This document shows, piece by piece, positions 45,957 through 55,078 of a stretch of 64,000 nt of DNA. Under the pieces are notes generated by a model. That model was not told where the DNA came from. It was given only the letters and a program-made list of their open reading frames with translations, and ran no database searches. Position numbers and translations under genes: made by a program. The stretch comes from Clostridia bacterium (GTDB taxonomy: Bacteria > Bacillota > Clostridia > Oscillospirales > Acutalibacteraceae). Location: NCBI GenBank assembly GCA_017630985.1, contig JAGBUC010000033.1:3505-67504 (forward strand). Reading direction: 5' to 3'. The stretch's first letter is position 1. Every line of letters starts with the position of its first letter.

Positions 45957-47287
45957 TCTTCTTTTATGTCGTCATCAAATTCGTCGGGTCTTAAGGGAAT
46001 ATATTTAACCTTGCGCTTACCGCCTTTGCCCATATTCATTTTAATAACAGAACCTAAGAATATAATGGCGGCAGCGGCAATTATCACATATACAATCTTC
46101 ATAAAGGTGGAAGTGAAGAAGTTTTTTGCAGCACGTGCGAATACTAGTACAGCGCTGGATTTTACAGACTGCGTTGCAACAAGATTAAGCGTTCCAAGCT
46201 TTTCTTCAGCATAGTAAATATCTGCGGTGCCAAGAATATCACCCTTATTAATAGGGGCATCGAAGCTTTCTTTATTTAGGTTTATTTTAAAGTCGACCGT
46301 GGATGCGTCAGCTTCTTTTGGGAGAAGGGTTTTTAGTCCACCCTCAAAGCAGAGGGATATATGGTCGGTTTCTGCAGAAAGCTCTACGGGGGCCTCGGTT
46401 ACAGGCTCGTTTCCCTCAAGAACGGTCTTATATTCGAAATTGTTAAAAGCCCAACGGAACATATTAGAGCAATCGTTAAAGTCTGTTCTGGTACCCGACG
46501 AAGTTTTTACTCCAAGGACAATGGCAAGATAGTTATAGCCGTTGTAAGAAGCGGTGCTGACTATGCATCGACCGTCCTTAGACAGACCTGTTTTACCGCC
46601 CTTGGCATATCGGTAGTAATAATCAGAATTGGGGTTTAACATAAAATTAACGGTAGGGCGGATTCTCTCGTCCGACATATTAGTTGCACTAACGGTATAG
46701 CGGGATTTTGAAAGAAGCTCTTTTATAATGTCGTTTTTAAGGGCGTGCACCATAAGTTTATAAATATCTTGCGCGGTGGTATAGTGTTGTTTATCGTCTA
46801 GCCCCACGGGATTGGTAAAATTGGTGTTTTCGAGTCCCAGAGCATCTGCCTTTTCATTCATCATTTCTACAAAGCTATCTATGCTTCCGCCGACATATTC
46901 TGCAAGGGCAAAGGCGGCATCGGCACAGGAGGGAATAAGCATAGAGGCAACGGCATCATATGCGGTTATTTCCTCGCCAATTTTAAGCTGTAGTATGGGT
47001 AGTCCAGTTCCAAGCACCTTGTTGTTTGCTTTTTTAGAATATATGATTTTCGTTCCTTTAAGGTCGGTAATGTTTTCGCAAGCGACAACGGCAGACATAA
47101 TGCTGGTGATTGCCGCCGGATGAATTTTTTGTGTTATATTTTTAGAGTATAATACATCTCCTGTATCAAGAGAAACGAGCATACCAGCAGTGTGGTGAAG
47201 CTCGTAATCATTAATTTGGAATGCGGAAGCGGGAATGGAAAACACAAGTGAAAATATTAAAATTAAGGCAATACAAGTTTTTTTCAT
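45953..47287 (-). CDS. PBP5/DacA-like (S11) D-alanyl-D-alanine carboxypeptidase homolog lacking the catalytic Ser/Lys
   Basis: Signal peptide, S11 domain, PBP5 C-domain and a C-terminal TM anchor. SxxK reads AITS, SxN reads SCA, and KTG is retained (see finding). Confidence 0.8.
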   Translation of the reverse strand: MKKTCIALILIFSLVFSIPASAFQINDYELHHTAGMLVSLDTGDVLYSKNITQKIHPAAITSIMSAVVACENITDLKGTKIIYSKKANNKVLGTGLPILQLKIGEEITAYDAVASMLIPSCADAAFALAEYVGGSIDSFVEMMNEKADALGLENTNFTNPVGLDDKQHYTTAQDIYKLMVHALKNDIIKELLSKSRYTVSATNMSDERIRPTVNFMLNPNSDYYYRYAKGGKTGLSKDGRCIVSTASYNGYNYLAIVLGVKTSSGTRTDFNDCSNMFRWAFNNFEYKTVLEGNEPVTEAPVELSAETDHISLCFEGGLKTLLPKEADASTVDFKINLNKESFDAPINKGDILGTADIYYAEEKLGTLNLVATQSVKSSAVLVFARAAKNFFTSTFMKIVYVIIAAAAIIFLGSVIKMNMGKGGKRKVKYIPLRPDEFDDDIKED

Positions 47288-47382
47288 TGAAATATCCCCG
47301 AAAATTTATTATTATATAATAGTATTATACATTATTTTTTTCAAAATTAAAAGTTAAATTTTAAATTAAAGGAGAAACTTTA

Positions 47383-48060
47383 ATGATATATGTAACCGGA
47401 GATATGCACGGTGCCGAAAACCGTCTTTACGACAGAGAATGGAGAAAGCTTAAGGCGGGCGACATACTTTTGGTTTGCGGAGATTTCGGATACATTTGGG
47501 ATGGCGGAAAATTCGAAAAGGAAGCGGTTGAATATTTAGGAACAAGAAAATTCACAGTCGCCTTTATTGACGGAACTCACGAAAATTTTGACAAGATAAA
47601 CGCTTGCCGTGAAACCTACTGGAAGGGTGGAAAGGTGCACAGAATACACGGCAATCTGCTGCATCTTATGCGTGGACAGATTTTTAATATTGATGGTAAT
47701 AAGATTTTTGCTTTCGGCGGGGGCGAGTCTACCGATAAAGACATTCGTGCGGAGAAAGGGCTTTATTGGAAAGAAGAACTTCCTACTCCAAAGGAAATGG
47801 CAATGGGCGCGGCAAATCTTGATGAGGTTGGATGCGAAGTTGATTATATTATAACTCACGAGCCGCCAAAGCTCGTTAAAAGCGCTATGTTGCTCAGGGA
47901 TGGTTCTGCCGATAGAATAAACAAACTTAACGGATATTTTGAAGAAATAGGCGTCGGCTGTAATTTTAAAAAATGGTATTTTGGCTCACTTCACGAGGAC
48001 CGAAGCGTAACACCCAACCACACCTGTGTCTTTAATAAAATAATTCCGCTTGGAAAATAA
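47383..48060 (+). CDS. calcineurin-like metallophosphoesterase (PPP-like motifs)
   Basis: GDMHG, CGDFGY, GTHEN, ITHEPP and GSLHED motifs. AAAGGAGA precedes the ATG. Confidence 0.8.
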   Translation: MIYVTGDMHGAENRLYDREWRKLKAGDILLVCGDFGYIWDGGKFEKEAVEYLGTRKFTVAFIDGTHENFDKINACRETYWKGGKVHRIHGNLLHLMRGQIFNIDGNKIFAFGGGESTDKDIRAEKGLYWKEELPTPKEMAMGAANLDEVGCEVDYIITHEPPKLVKSAMLLRDGSADRINKLNGYFEEIGVGCNFKKWYFGSLHEDRSVTPNHTCVFNKIIPLGK

Positions 48061-48121
48061 AAGACGGAGAAGAGTTAGCTTTTCCGTCTAGTTGCTTTTA
48101 TTTAACACAAACTTAATGTTG

Positions 48122-48150
48122 TTGAGTTTTTTTTACAGTTGTGGTATAAT
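48122..48150 (+). promoter_or_regulatory. candidate sigma-A promoter for the PASTA kinase-like gene
   Basis: TTGAGT (48122-48127), 17-nt spacer, TATAAT (48145-48150). Confidence 0.45.
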
Positions 48151-48204
48151 GCTTTATATGCAGTTAATATCCTGCTTTAATAAAGTTTACCGGAGGTAAC
48201 TTTT

Positions 48205-49881
48205 ATGTTAAATACAGAAAGATTATGTATGGGTTGTATGAATGACAACGGTGGAGAAAAGATTTGTCCTATCTGTGGGCATGACTCGTCTGACGACAAT
48301 ACTTTAACTCAGCTTACAATAGGTACATGGCTTAATGCCAATCGCTTTCTCGTTGGCAGGGTTATTGAAGAGGGTGGCGATGGAATTACCTATATCGGTT
48401 GGGATAATGACAGCAATGCCGTTGTAAACATTCGCGAATATTTCCCCGACGGTCTTTCTGTGAGAAGTAGTGACAGAATGACCGTTACTCCTGCAGCAGA
48501 AAAGGGTATGGCGTTTAACAAGGGTATGGAAGAGTTTGTGGCGCTCTTCTCAAAATTATCAGCACTTCCGGAGTCGGCCGCAATTCTTAAAATTGTAGAT
48601 GCGTTTGAATCAAACGGAACAGTTTATGCTGTATCACAGGTTGTTTCCGGTATATCGCTAAAAGCATTTTTAGTAAGAAACGGGGGTTCTCTTAAATGGG
48701 AACAGGTTAAGCCTTTATTTATGCCGCTTCTGGCTACCGTATCAGAGCTTAACGATGCCGGAATTATTCATCGAGGAATCTCCCCCGAAACCATTATCGT
48801 AGGGCGCGACGGAAAGCTTCGTCTAACAGGATTTTCAATTAAAGAAGCAAGGGTAGAGCATACTGACTTTATTGCTCGTCTTCAGTCGGGATATTCCTCG
48901 CCCGAGCAGTATCTTGAAAATGATGATTACTCGGCAGTTTGCGATGTGTATTCGCTTGGAGCTGTGATGTTCCGTTGCCTTATTGGAACAACTCCGCCTG
49001 ACGCTAAGGAACGCCTTGTTAATGACAAGCTTTCAATATCTGCTAAGATTACCGAAACGGTTCCGAAGGGTGCGCTTATTGCGGTGGCAAGCACCTTGAA
49101 GGTTGACAAAACCGAAAGAACTGCATCGGTCGATAGATTTAGACGGATGCTTGAGGCTGTGTCGTCAAATACGGTTATACTCGCTCAGGAAGAAAACGGC
49201 GATAAAAAGCAGCAAACCCAAAAAGGCGCCGACGGAAAGAAATATGCTATTATTGCTTCGGCAATAACTGCGGGTATATTCCTTATTCTTATTTGCCTTG
49301 GAATGATATTCTTTAAGGATGCTCTGTTCCCGACCGAAAGTGAGCCTGTCGATGCAAGTCAGCAAAGCTCTTCTATGCCCGACACTCCAAGTGTCGGAGA
49401 TGTAGACAGTACAATTGCACATCCTGGTGAAAAGCTTTATGTGGTTCCAGATTACACAGGAAACACCTTTAACAATATTATCAGGGACGAAAATCTTTCA
49501 GGAAAGTTTGAAATCGTTATTGCAGGCACCGAATACTCTAACACTGTTGCGAGAGGTCATGTGTGTAAGCAAACTGTTGCAAAGGGTAGCGAAGTTGCAA
49601 GAGATACCGAAATCGGTGTTTATATCAGTCTAGGCCCATCCTCTGTGAATATGCCAAATTTGGTGGGAATGACAGAGGAAAAAGCATATATTACACTTCT
49701 TGAATACGGTTTCTTTAAAAGCAATATTGAATTTATTTATAAAAATGATGATAGTTTTGCTCCAGGTACTGTAATCGAAACTTCGGTAAAAGCAAATAAA
49801 ACCGTTTCAACAAACGATTCTATAACTATATATGTCAGTGATGCTACGGCATCATCTCAGGACACATCAACTGAGGGATAA
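48205..49881 (+). CDS. zinc-ribbon / Hanks-kinase-like (catalytically degenerate) / TM / two-PASTA-domain protein
   Basis: N-terminal CMGC...CPIC, then a kinase fold with HRG, TGF and SPE in place of HRD, DFG and APE, one TM helix, and two PASTA-like repeats. GGAGG precedes the ATG. Confidence 0.8.
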   Translation: MLNTERLCMGCMNDNGGEKICPICGHDSSDDNTLTQLTIGTWLNANRFLVGRVIEEGGDGITYIGWDNDSNAVVNIREYFPDGLSVRSSDRMTVTPAAEKGMAFNKGMEEFVALFSKLSALPESAAILKIVDAFESNGTVYAVSQVVSGISLKAFLVRNGGSLKWEQVKPLFMPLLATVSELNDAGIIHRGISPETIIVGRDGKLRLTGFSIKEARVEHTDFIARLQSGYSSPEQYLENDDYSAVCDVYSLGAVMFRCLIGTTPPDAKERLVNDKLSISAKITETVPKGALIAVASTLKVDKTERTASVDRFRRMLEAVSSNTVILAQEENGDKKQQTQKGADGKKYAIIASAITAGIFLILICLGMIFFKDALFPTESEPVDASQQSSSMPDTPSVGDVDSTIAHPGEKLYVVPDYTGNTFNNIIRDENLSGKFEIVIAGTEYSNTVARGHVCKQTVAKGSEVARDTEIGVYISLGPSSVNMPNLVGMTEEKAYITLLEYGFFKSNIEFIYKNDDSFAPGTVIETSVKANKTVSTNDSITIYVSDATASSQDTSTEG

Positions 49882-49885
49882 TAAA

Positions 49886-49918
49886 ATAACCCATTCTGTC
49901 GACGACAGAATGGGTTAT
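49886..49918. terminator. bidirectional 16-bp inverted repeat between the kinase-like gene and acpP
   Basis: ATAACCCATTCTGTCG-A-CGACAGAATGGGTTAT. Confidence 0.75.
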
Positions 49919-49943
49919 AACTTTTTGATTGAAAACAGAAAAA

Positions 49944-50173
49944 CTATTCTGCGTTTGCAGAGATGTAGTTCACCACATCACCGATGGTTTTAAGGTTTTC
50001 AACCTCTTCATCGGGAATTTCAATTCGAATTCGTCTTCAATTGACATAAGAAGGTCAACAAGGTCAAGGCTGTCGGCTCCAAGGTCTTCTGCAATTTTAG
50101 TGTCAGCAGTCATAGTATCCTTGTCGGCTGCAAGCTGTTCTGCAAGAATTTCGGTAATTTTGTCAAAAATCAT
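49944..50173 (-). pseudogene. acpP: acyl carrier protein with an apparent 1-nt deletion (frameshift near 50018-50020)
   Basis: The track ORF (49970-50173) carries LGADSLDLVDL and then reads out of frame. Shifting one base after ...EDEFEL restores IPDEEVENLKTIGDVVNYISANAE and a TAG at 49946-49944. Confidence 0.8.
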
Positions 50174-50211
50174 TTAATATTCTCCTTGTATTTATGTTTT
50201 GCACCAAAATG

Positions 50212-50240
50212 TTTACATTTTGATACAGTTATGGTATATT
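50212..50240 (+). promoter_or_regulatory. candidate sigma-A promoter for the aro operon
   Basis: TTTACA (50212-50217), 17-nt spacer, TATATT (50235-50240). Confidence 0.4.
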
Positions 50241-50315
50241 AACCTATACAAATAATATGTTGCAAAACGGATTTTGTCAATAGTTTTATTTATTTTCAGC
50301 AAAAAGGTGATTTAA

Positions 50316-51149
50316 ATGCGTAAGAACTTCGGCGTTATAGGTTATCCTATAGGACATACTATGTCCCCGTTTATACAAAAAGAACTCTTTAGCTTAAGAG
50401 GATTTGATGCCGCTTATGGAAAATTTGAAATCGCACCCGAAAGGCTTGAAGCGGAGTTTAGTGGTAAGCTTAAGGAACTCGATGGATTTAATGTTACTAT
50501 ACCGCACAAGGTTGCAATAATCCCTTTTCTTGACGAACTTGATACATCTGCTGCGGGATATGGCGCAGTTAATACTGTAAAGTGCCAAGATGGCAGATTT
50601 ATAGGCTATAATACCGACGCCTACGGCTTCAAAAAAGGTTTAGAGTTTTCGGGTATTGAGTTTGCGGGAAGAATAGCTGTATATGGATATGGCGGCGCAG
50701 CAAGAACTATCATAACCGAAGGCATCAAGGCAGGTTGTGAAGTGGCAGTTATTACCTCTGCAGATAGAAAGGAAAAAGCACTTTCTGCCATAAAGCAGAT
50801 AAATGAAAAGGTTGTTGTGTTTGCGGCCGAGGAATTTGATAAAAATTTTGACTTATTTGTAAACGCATCTCCAGTTGGAATGTATCCAAATTCAAGTGCA
50901 TCGCCTATTGATGAGCAACAGATTGAGATGTTTAATTGCATTTACGATATTGTTTATAATCCGTTTGAGACCGAACTTGTGAAGATGGCAAAAAACAGAG
51001 GTAAAGTGTGGGGGAATGGGCTGTCGATGCTGGTATGTCAGGCACAGCTGGCGCAAACCTACTGGTGCGGAGCCGAGTTTTCAACCGATGAAACAAGGCT
51101 TGTTATCCACAAAGCAGAGCAAGAACTTCAGGAGGTTTTTGGAAAATGA
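50316..51149 (+). CDS. aroE: shikimate dehydrogenase
   Basis: GVIGYPIGHTMSP N-terminus, NVTIPHK and a YGYGGAAR Rossmann motif. Confidence 0.9.
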   Translation: MRKNFGVIGYPIGHTMSPFIQKELFSLRGFDAAYGKFEIAPERLEAEFSGKLKELDGFNVTIPHKVAIIPFLDELDTSAAGYGAVNTVKCQDGRFIGYNTDAYGFKKGLEFSGIEFAGRIAVYGYGGAARTIITEGIKAGCEVAVITSADRKEKALSAIKQINEKVVVFAAEEFDKNFDLFVNASPVGMYPNSSASPIDEQQIEMFNCIYDIVYNPFETELVKMAKNRGKVWGNGLSMLVCQAQLAQTYWCGAEFSTDETRLVIHKAEQELQEVFGK

Positions 51150-51649
51150 AAAACATAGTTCTTTGCGGATTTATGGGTTGCGGGAAAACAACGCTTGCAA
51201 AGCGACTTGCGAAAAGCTTTAATATGAATTTTATTGATACGGATGAGGAAATAGAGAGGACCGAGGGGAAAAGGATTGCCGAGATTTTTGAAACTGACGG
51301 CGAGCCTTATTTCAGAACCCTTGAAACCGAGCTTGTTAAAAGGCTTGCAAAGGAGGAAAACCTTGTTGTATCATTGGGCGGAGGTATTGCGGCAAACGAA
51401 AAAAATCACCCCTATTTAAAGGAAATCGGCACGGTAGTTCTTCTTGATTGCGGACTTCATAATACTATGAGGAGAATTTTGGGGGACAAAAGACGGCCTC
51501 TAGCGCAAAACGGCGCAGAAGATATTAAACAAAGGTATTATTCAAGAATGCCGATTTACAGGGCGGTAGCAGATGCGATTATAGACAGTTCTAAAAGCAA
51601 GAGCAAAACTTTTAAAAATGTTGTTAAGGCACTTGAAGAATTGAAATAA
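51146..51649 (+). CDS. aroK: shikimate kinase (paralog 2, inside the aro operon)
   Basis: GFMGCGKTT Walker A, DTDEEIE and LGGG motifs. Its ATG overlaps the aroE stop (ATGA). Confidence 0.9.
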   Translation: MKNIVLCGFMGCGKTTLAKRLAKSFNMNFIDTDEEIERTEGKRIAEIFETDGEPYFRTLETELVKRLAKEENLVVSLGGGIAANEKNHPYLKEIGTVVLLDCGLHNTMRRILGDKRRPLAQNGAEDIKQRYYSRMPIYRAVADAIIDSSKSKSKTFKNVVKALEELK

Positions 51650-51690
51650 ATGTAATATAATAAATTATTAATACTATTTATGGTGATAAG

Positions 51691-52749
51691 ATGGGTAAAA
51701 TTGTTGTTAAAGGTGAAAACGGTTGCGACATTCTTATCGAGAGAGGCTTGCTTGAAAATGCGGGAGAGAATATTCGCAAAATAACCAAGGCAAACAAGGC
51801 TCTTGTGATAACCGATACGAATGTTGTAAAGCTGTATGGCGATAGGGTGAAGAAGTCGCTTGATGAAGCTGGCTTCGAGTCCTTTTTGTTTTCTTTCCCT
51901 GCAGGCGAAACCTCTAAAAATCTTGCCACCGTCACCGATATGATAGAAGCAATGTGCACAGCAAAGCTTACGAGAAACGACATAGTCGTTGCTTTAGGCG
52001 GTGGAGTCACAGGAGATATGGCGGGCTTTGCGTCGGCAATATATCTTCGTGGAATTGATTTTGTTCAGATTCCCACAACTCTACTTTCTCAGGTTGACTC
52101 TTCGGTTGGAGGAAAAACAGGTTGCGATTTGTCTTTTGGCAAAAACCTTGTGGGCGCATTTCACAACCCAAAACTTGTGCTTATCGACCCCGATACAATA
52201 AAAACCTTGCCCGACCGTTATAAGAATGACGGCGTAGGCGAGATAATTAAATATGCATTAATAAAAAGCGAAAAGCTTTTCAATAAACTTATCGGCTGTG
52301 ACAGCTTTGACGATATACTCGAAGATGTAATTTATGAATGCGTTGATATAAAACGAGAAATCGTTGAAAACGATTTTACCGAAAAAGGAGAGCGCATGCT
52401 CCTTAATTTCGGACACACTTTAGGACACGCTATCGAAAAGTATGAAAATTATGGCGGTCTGGCTCATGGCGAAGCGGTGGGCGTGGGTATGCTCTATATA
52501 ACAAGGGCAAGTGAAAATTCAGGAAACACAGAAACGGGTACCGCCGATAAAATTGAAAAGCTTTTAAAGAAATTTTCTTTGCCAACAAAAACCGATGCCA
52601 ACATTGATGAGCTTGTAAATATAATGCTATATGATAAAAAGCGAAGAGGGGACAAGCTAAATCTTGTTCTTGTAAAGAATGTTGGAAGCTCTTTTGTAAA
52701 GGCAATGCCCATAGATGAGCTTAAGGACTTTTTTGCGGAGGACAAATAA
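51691..52749 (+). CDS. aroB: 3-dehydroquinate synthase
   Basis: GGGVTGDMAGFA, PTTLLSQVDSSVGGKTG and GHTLGHAIE motifs. Confidence 0.9.
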   Translation: MGKIVVKGENGCDILIERGLLENAGENIRKITKANKALVITDTNVVKLYGDRVKKSLDEAGFESFLFSFPAGETSKNLATVTDMIEAMCTAKLTRNDIVVALGGGVTGDMAGFASAIYLRGIDFVQIPTTLLSQVDSSVGGKTGCDLSFGKNLVGAFHNPKLVLIDPDTIKTLPDRYKNDGVGEIIKYALIKSEKLFNKLIGCDSFDDILEDVIYECVDIKREIVENDFTEKGERMLLNFGHTLGHAIEKYENYGGLAHGEAVGVGMLYITRASENSGNTETGTADKIEKLLKKFSLPTKTDANIDELVNIMLYDKKRRGDKLNLVLVKNVGSSFVKAMPIDELKDFFAEDK

Positions 52750-53990
52750 TGGATATAAAAATAATCCCGTCCGTCCTTTGCGGAGAGGTTACTGTTCCAC
52801 CTTCAAAAAGCGCTGCCCACAGAGCGCTGATTTGCGCCGCGCTTTGTGACGGCGTAAGCAGAGTTACTCCATACTGCACCTCTAAGGATATAAAAGCTAC
52901 CGCTTCTTGCCTTAAAGAACTCGGTATGAATATAGAAGAGGATGAAAAGGGCTATACCTTATCAAAGGGTGATGTGGTTAAGGGTGGAATTCTAAACTTT
53001 TCCGAGTCGGGCTCAACCGCCAGATTTCTTCTCCCGATAGCTGCAGCACTCGGTGCCGATATTACAGGAGTTGGAGAGGGCAGACTGCCTGAGCGACCGA
53101 TGGAAACCTTGACAACGCTGTTCAGAGAGCATGGGGTAGAGGCGTCTTCGGACAACTTGCCAATAATCCTTAAAGGAAAAATGACAGGCGGAGATTTCTG
53201 TCTGCCGGGAAACATATCCTCTCAGTATATAAGCGGATTGCTTCTTGCCGCCCCCTTATGTGACAGTGATGTTAATATAATCCCGACAACCGCCTTAGAG
53301 TCGGTAGGCTATATAGATATGACCATAGCTGCTATGAAAAAATACGGTGTTATCGTAGAGGAAACAAATAATGGTTGGCGTGTTTCGAAGGAAAGCCATT
53401 ATGTAGGCGCTAATACCAAAGTAGAGGGCGATTGGTCGCAGGCGGCATTTTTTATGGCTGCCGCAGCTATTGGCGGAGAGGTTAGAATTCACGGTCTTGA
53501 TTTCGCGTCAAATCAAGGGGATATGGCTGCACTCGATGTCTTTGCCGCTTTTGGAGCAGATATATCCATTGAAAATGATATTTTACATATTAAACACGGA
53601 AATCTTCGCGGCATAGAGGTTAACGCCGCAGATATTCCCGATATGGTACCCGCTATCGCGGTGACCGCCGCATATGCTTCGGGCAAAACGGTTATTCACT
53701 CTGCCGAGCGTCTTCGCATTAAGGAGAGCGACCGAATAAAAACTACAATAGCAATTCTCACAGCTATGGGAATTAAAACTGAAGAACGGCCAGACGGAAT
53801 GGTAATCTTTGGCGGAAAACCAAAGGGAGCAGTTATTGACGGAGCAAACGACCATCGCATTGTTATGGCTGCTTCAGTAGCCGTCGCCTTTGCTGAGGGA
53901 GAAAGCGTTATAAAAGGCTGTGAGGCAGCAAATAAATCGTATCCCGAATTTTTTAGTGATTTTAGAAAGATTGGAGGCAAAACCGAATGA
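52749..53990 (+). CDS. aroA: 3-phosphoshikimate 1-carboxyvinyltransferase (EPSP synthase)
   Basis: PPSKSAAHRA N-terminus, 413 aa, LRIKESDR and DHRIVMA motifs. Confidence 0.9.
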   Translation: MDIKIIPSVLCGEVTVPPSKSAAHRALICAALCDGVSRVTPYCTSKDIKATASCLKELGMNIEEDEKGYTLSKGDVVKGGILNFSESGSTARFLLPIAAALGADITGVGEGRLPERPMETLTTLFREHGVEASSDNLPIILKGKMTGGDFCLPGNISSQYISGLLLAAPLCDSDVNIIPTTALESVGYIDMTIAAMKKYGVIVEETNNGWRVSKESHYVGANTKVEGDWSQAAFFMAAAAIGGEVRIHGLDFASNQGDMAALDVFAAFGADISIENDILHIKHGNLRGIEVNAADIPDMVPAIAVTAAYASGKTVIHSAERLRIKESDRIKTTIAILTAMGIKTEERPDGMVIFGGKPKGAVIDGANDHRIVMAASVAVAFAEGESVIKGCEAANKSYPEFFSDFRKIGGKTE

Positions 53991-55078
53991 AATCAAGCAT
54001 AGGAAATAAAATTAAATTATCGGTTTTCGGAGAGAGCCACGGCGCTGCTGTAGGCTGTTTGCTTGAGGGTTTGCCTGCAGGCTTTAAAATAGATTTTGAT
54101 GCTTTGCTTGTTCAGATGTCGCGCAGAGCACCGGGCAAGGATAAAACGGCAACAACCCGCAAGGAAGCCGATATACCGGAAATTATATCGGGTGTTTTAG
54201 ATGGTGTTACAACGGGGGCGCCGCTTGCAATAATTATTAAAAATAATGACACTAAATCTCACAATTATGATAATTTGAGGGATAATCCACGACCTAGTCA
54301 CAGCGACTATGCCGCCTCCGTTAAATTTGGAGGATATAACGATATAAGAGGAGGCGGACATTTCTCTGCCCGTCTTACCGCGCCGATAGTTGCGGCGGGT
54401 GCTATTTGCCGCCAGATATTAAAAGAACAGGGTATCACGATTGGCGGACATATACAAAGCATCGGTAATGTGTGTGAAACCTCGTTTGACCCCGTTAATG
54501 TAACCGCCGAGCAGCTCGAGGGTTTATCTTCTAAGCTTTTTGCTCTTAATAACCCCGAGGCTGAGGGGTTAATGCGGAAGGAAATTGAAGATGCAAGACT
54601 TGAGGGTGATTCGGTCGGTGGCTCGGTTGAACTCGTAGCTCTGGGGCTTCCGGTCGGACTTGGAAACCCAATGTTTTATGGGGTTGAAAATGTAGTCGCC
54701 AATATTCTTTACGGAATTCCTGCCGTAAAGGGCGTTTCTTTTGGCGCAGGATTTGGCTATGCTTCTATGAGGGGAAGTCAAGCTAATGACCAGATGTATT
54801 ATGATGAAAACGGAAAGGTCAAATGCTATACAAATAATTGCGGCGGAATTACGGGAGGAATTACGAACGGAATGCCTCTGCTTGTAACTGTGGCATTAAA
54901 GCCTACACCGTCTATTGCAAAACAGCAAAAAACTGTAAATCTTGAAACAGGCGAAAATGCTACCCTTATAATTGAGGGCAGACACGACCCGTGTATCGTG
55001 CCTCGGGCACTGCCTGTTTTAGAGGCGGCGTTAAGCATTGCCCTCTTAGACCTTCTTTCAGAGGAGGGTAAGCTATGA
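53987..55078 (+). CDS. aroC: chorismate synthase
   Basis: FGESHG, RPSHSDY, GGGHFSARLTA and EGRHDPC motifs. Confidence 0.95.
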   Translation: MKSSIGNKIKLSVFGESHGAAVGCLLEGLPAGFKIDFDALLVQMSRRAPGKDKTATTRKEADIPEIISGVLDGVTTGAPLAIIIKNNDTKSHNYDNLRDNPRPSHSDYAASVKFGGYNDIRGGGHFSARLTAPIVAAGAICRQILKEQGITIGGHIQSIGNVCETSFDPVNVTAEQLEGLSSKLFALNNPEAEGLMRKEIEDARLEGDSVGGSVELVALGLPVGLGNPMFYGVENVVANILYGIPAVKGVSFGAGFGYASMRGSQANDQMYYDENGKVKCYTNNCGGITGGITNGMPLLVTVALKPTPSIAKQQKTVNLETGENATLIIEGRHDPCIVPRALPVLEAALSIALLDLLSEEGKL

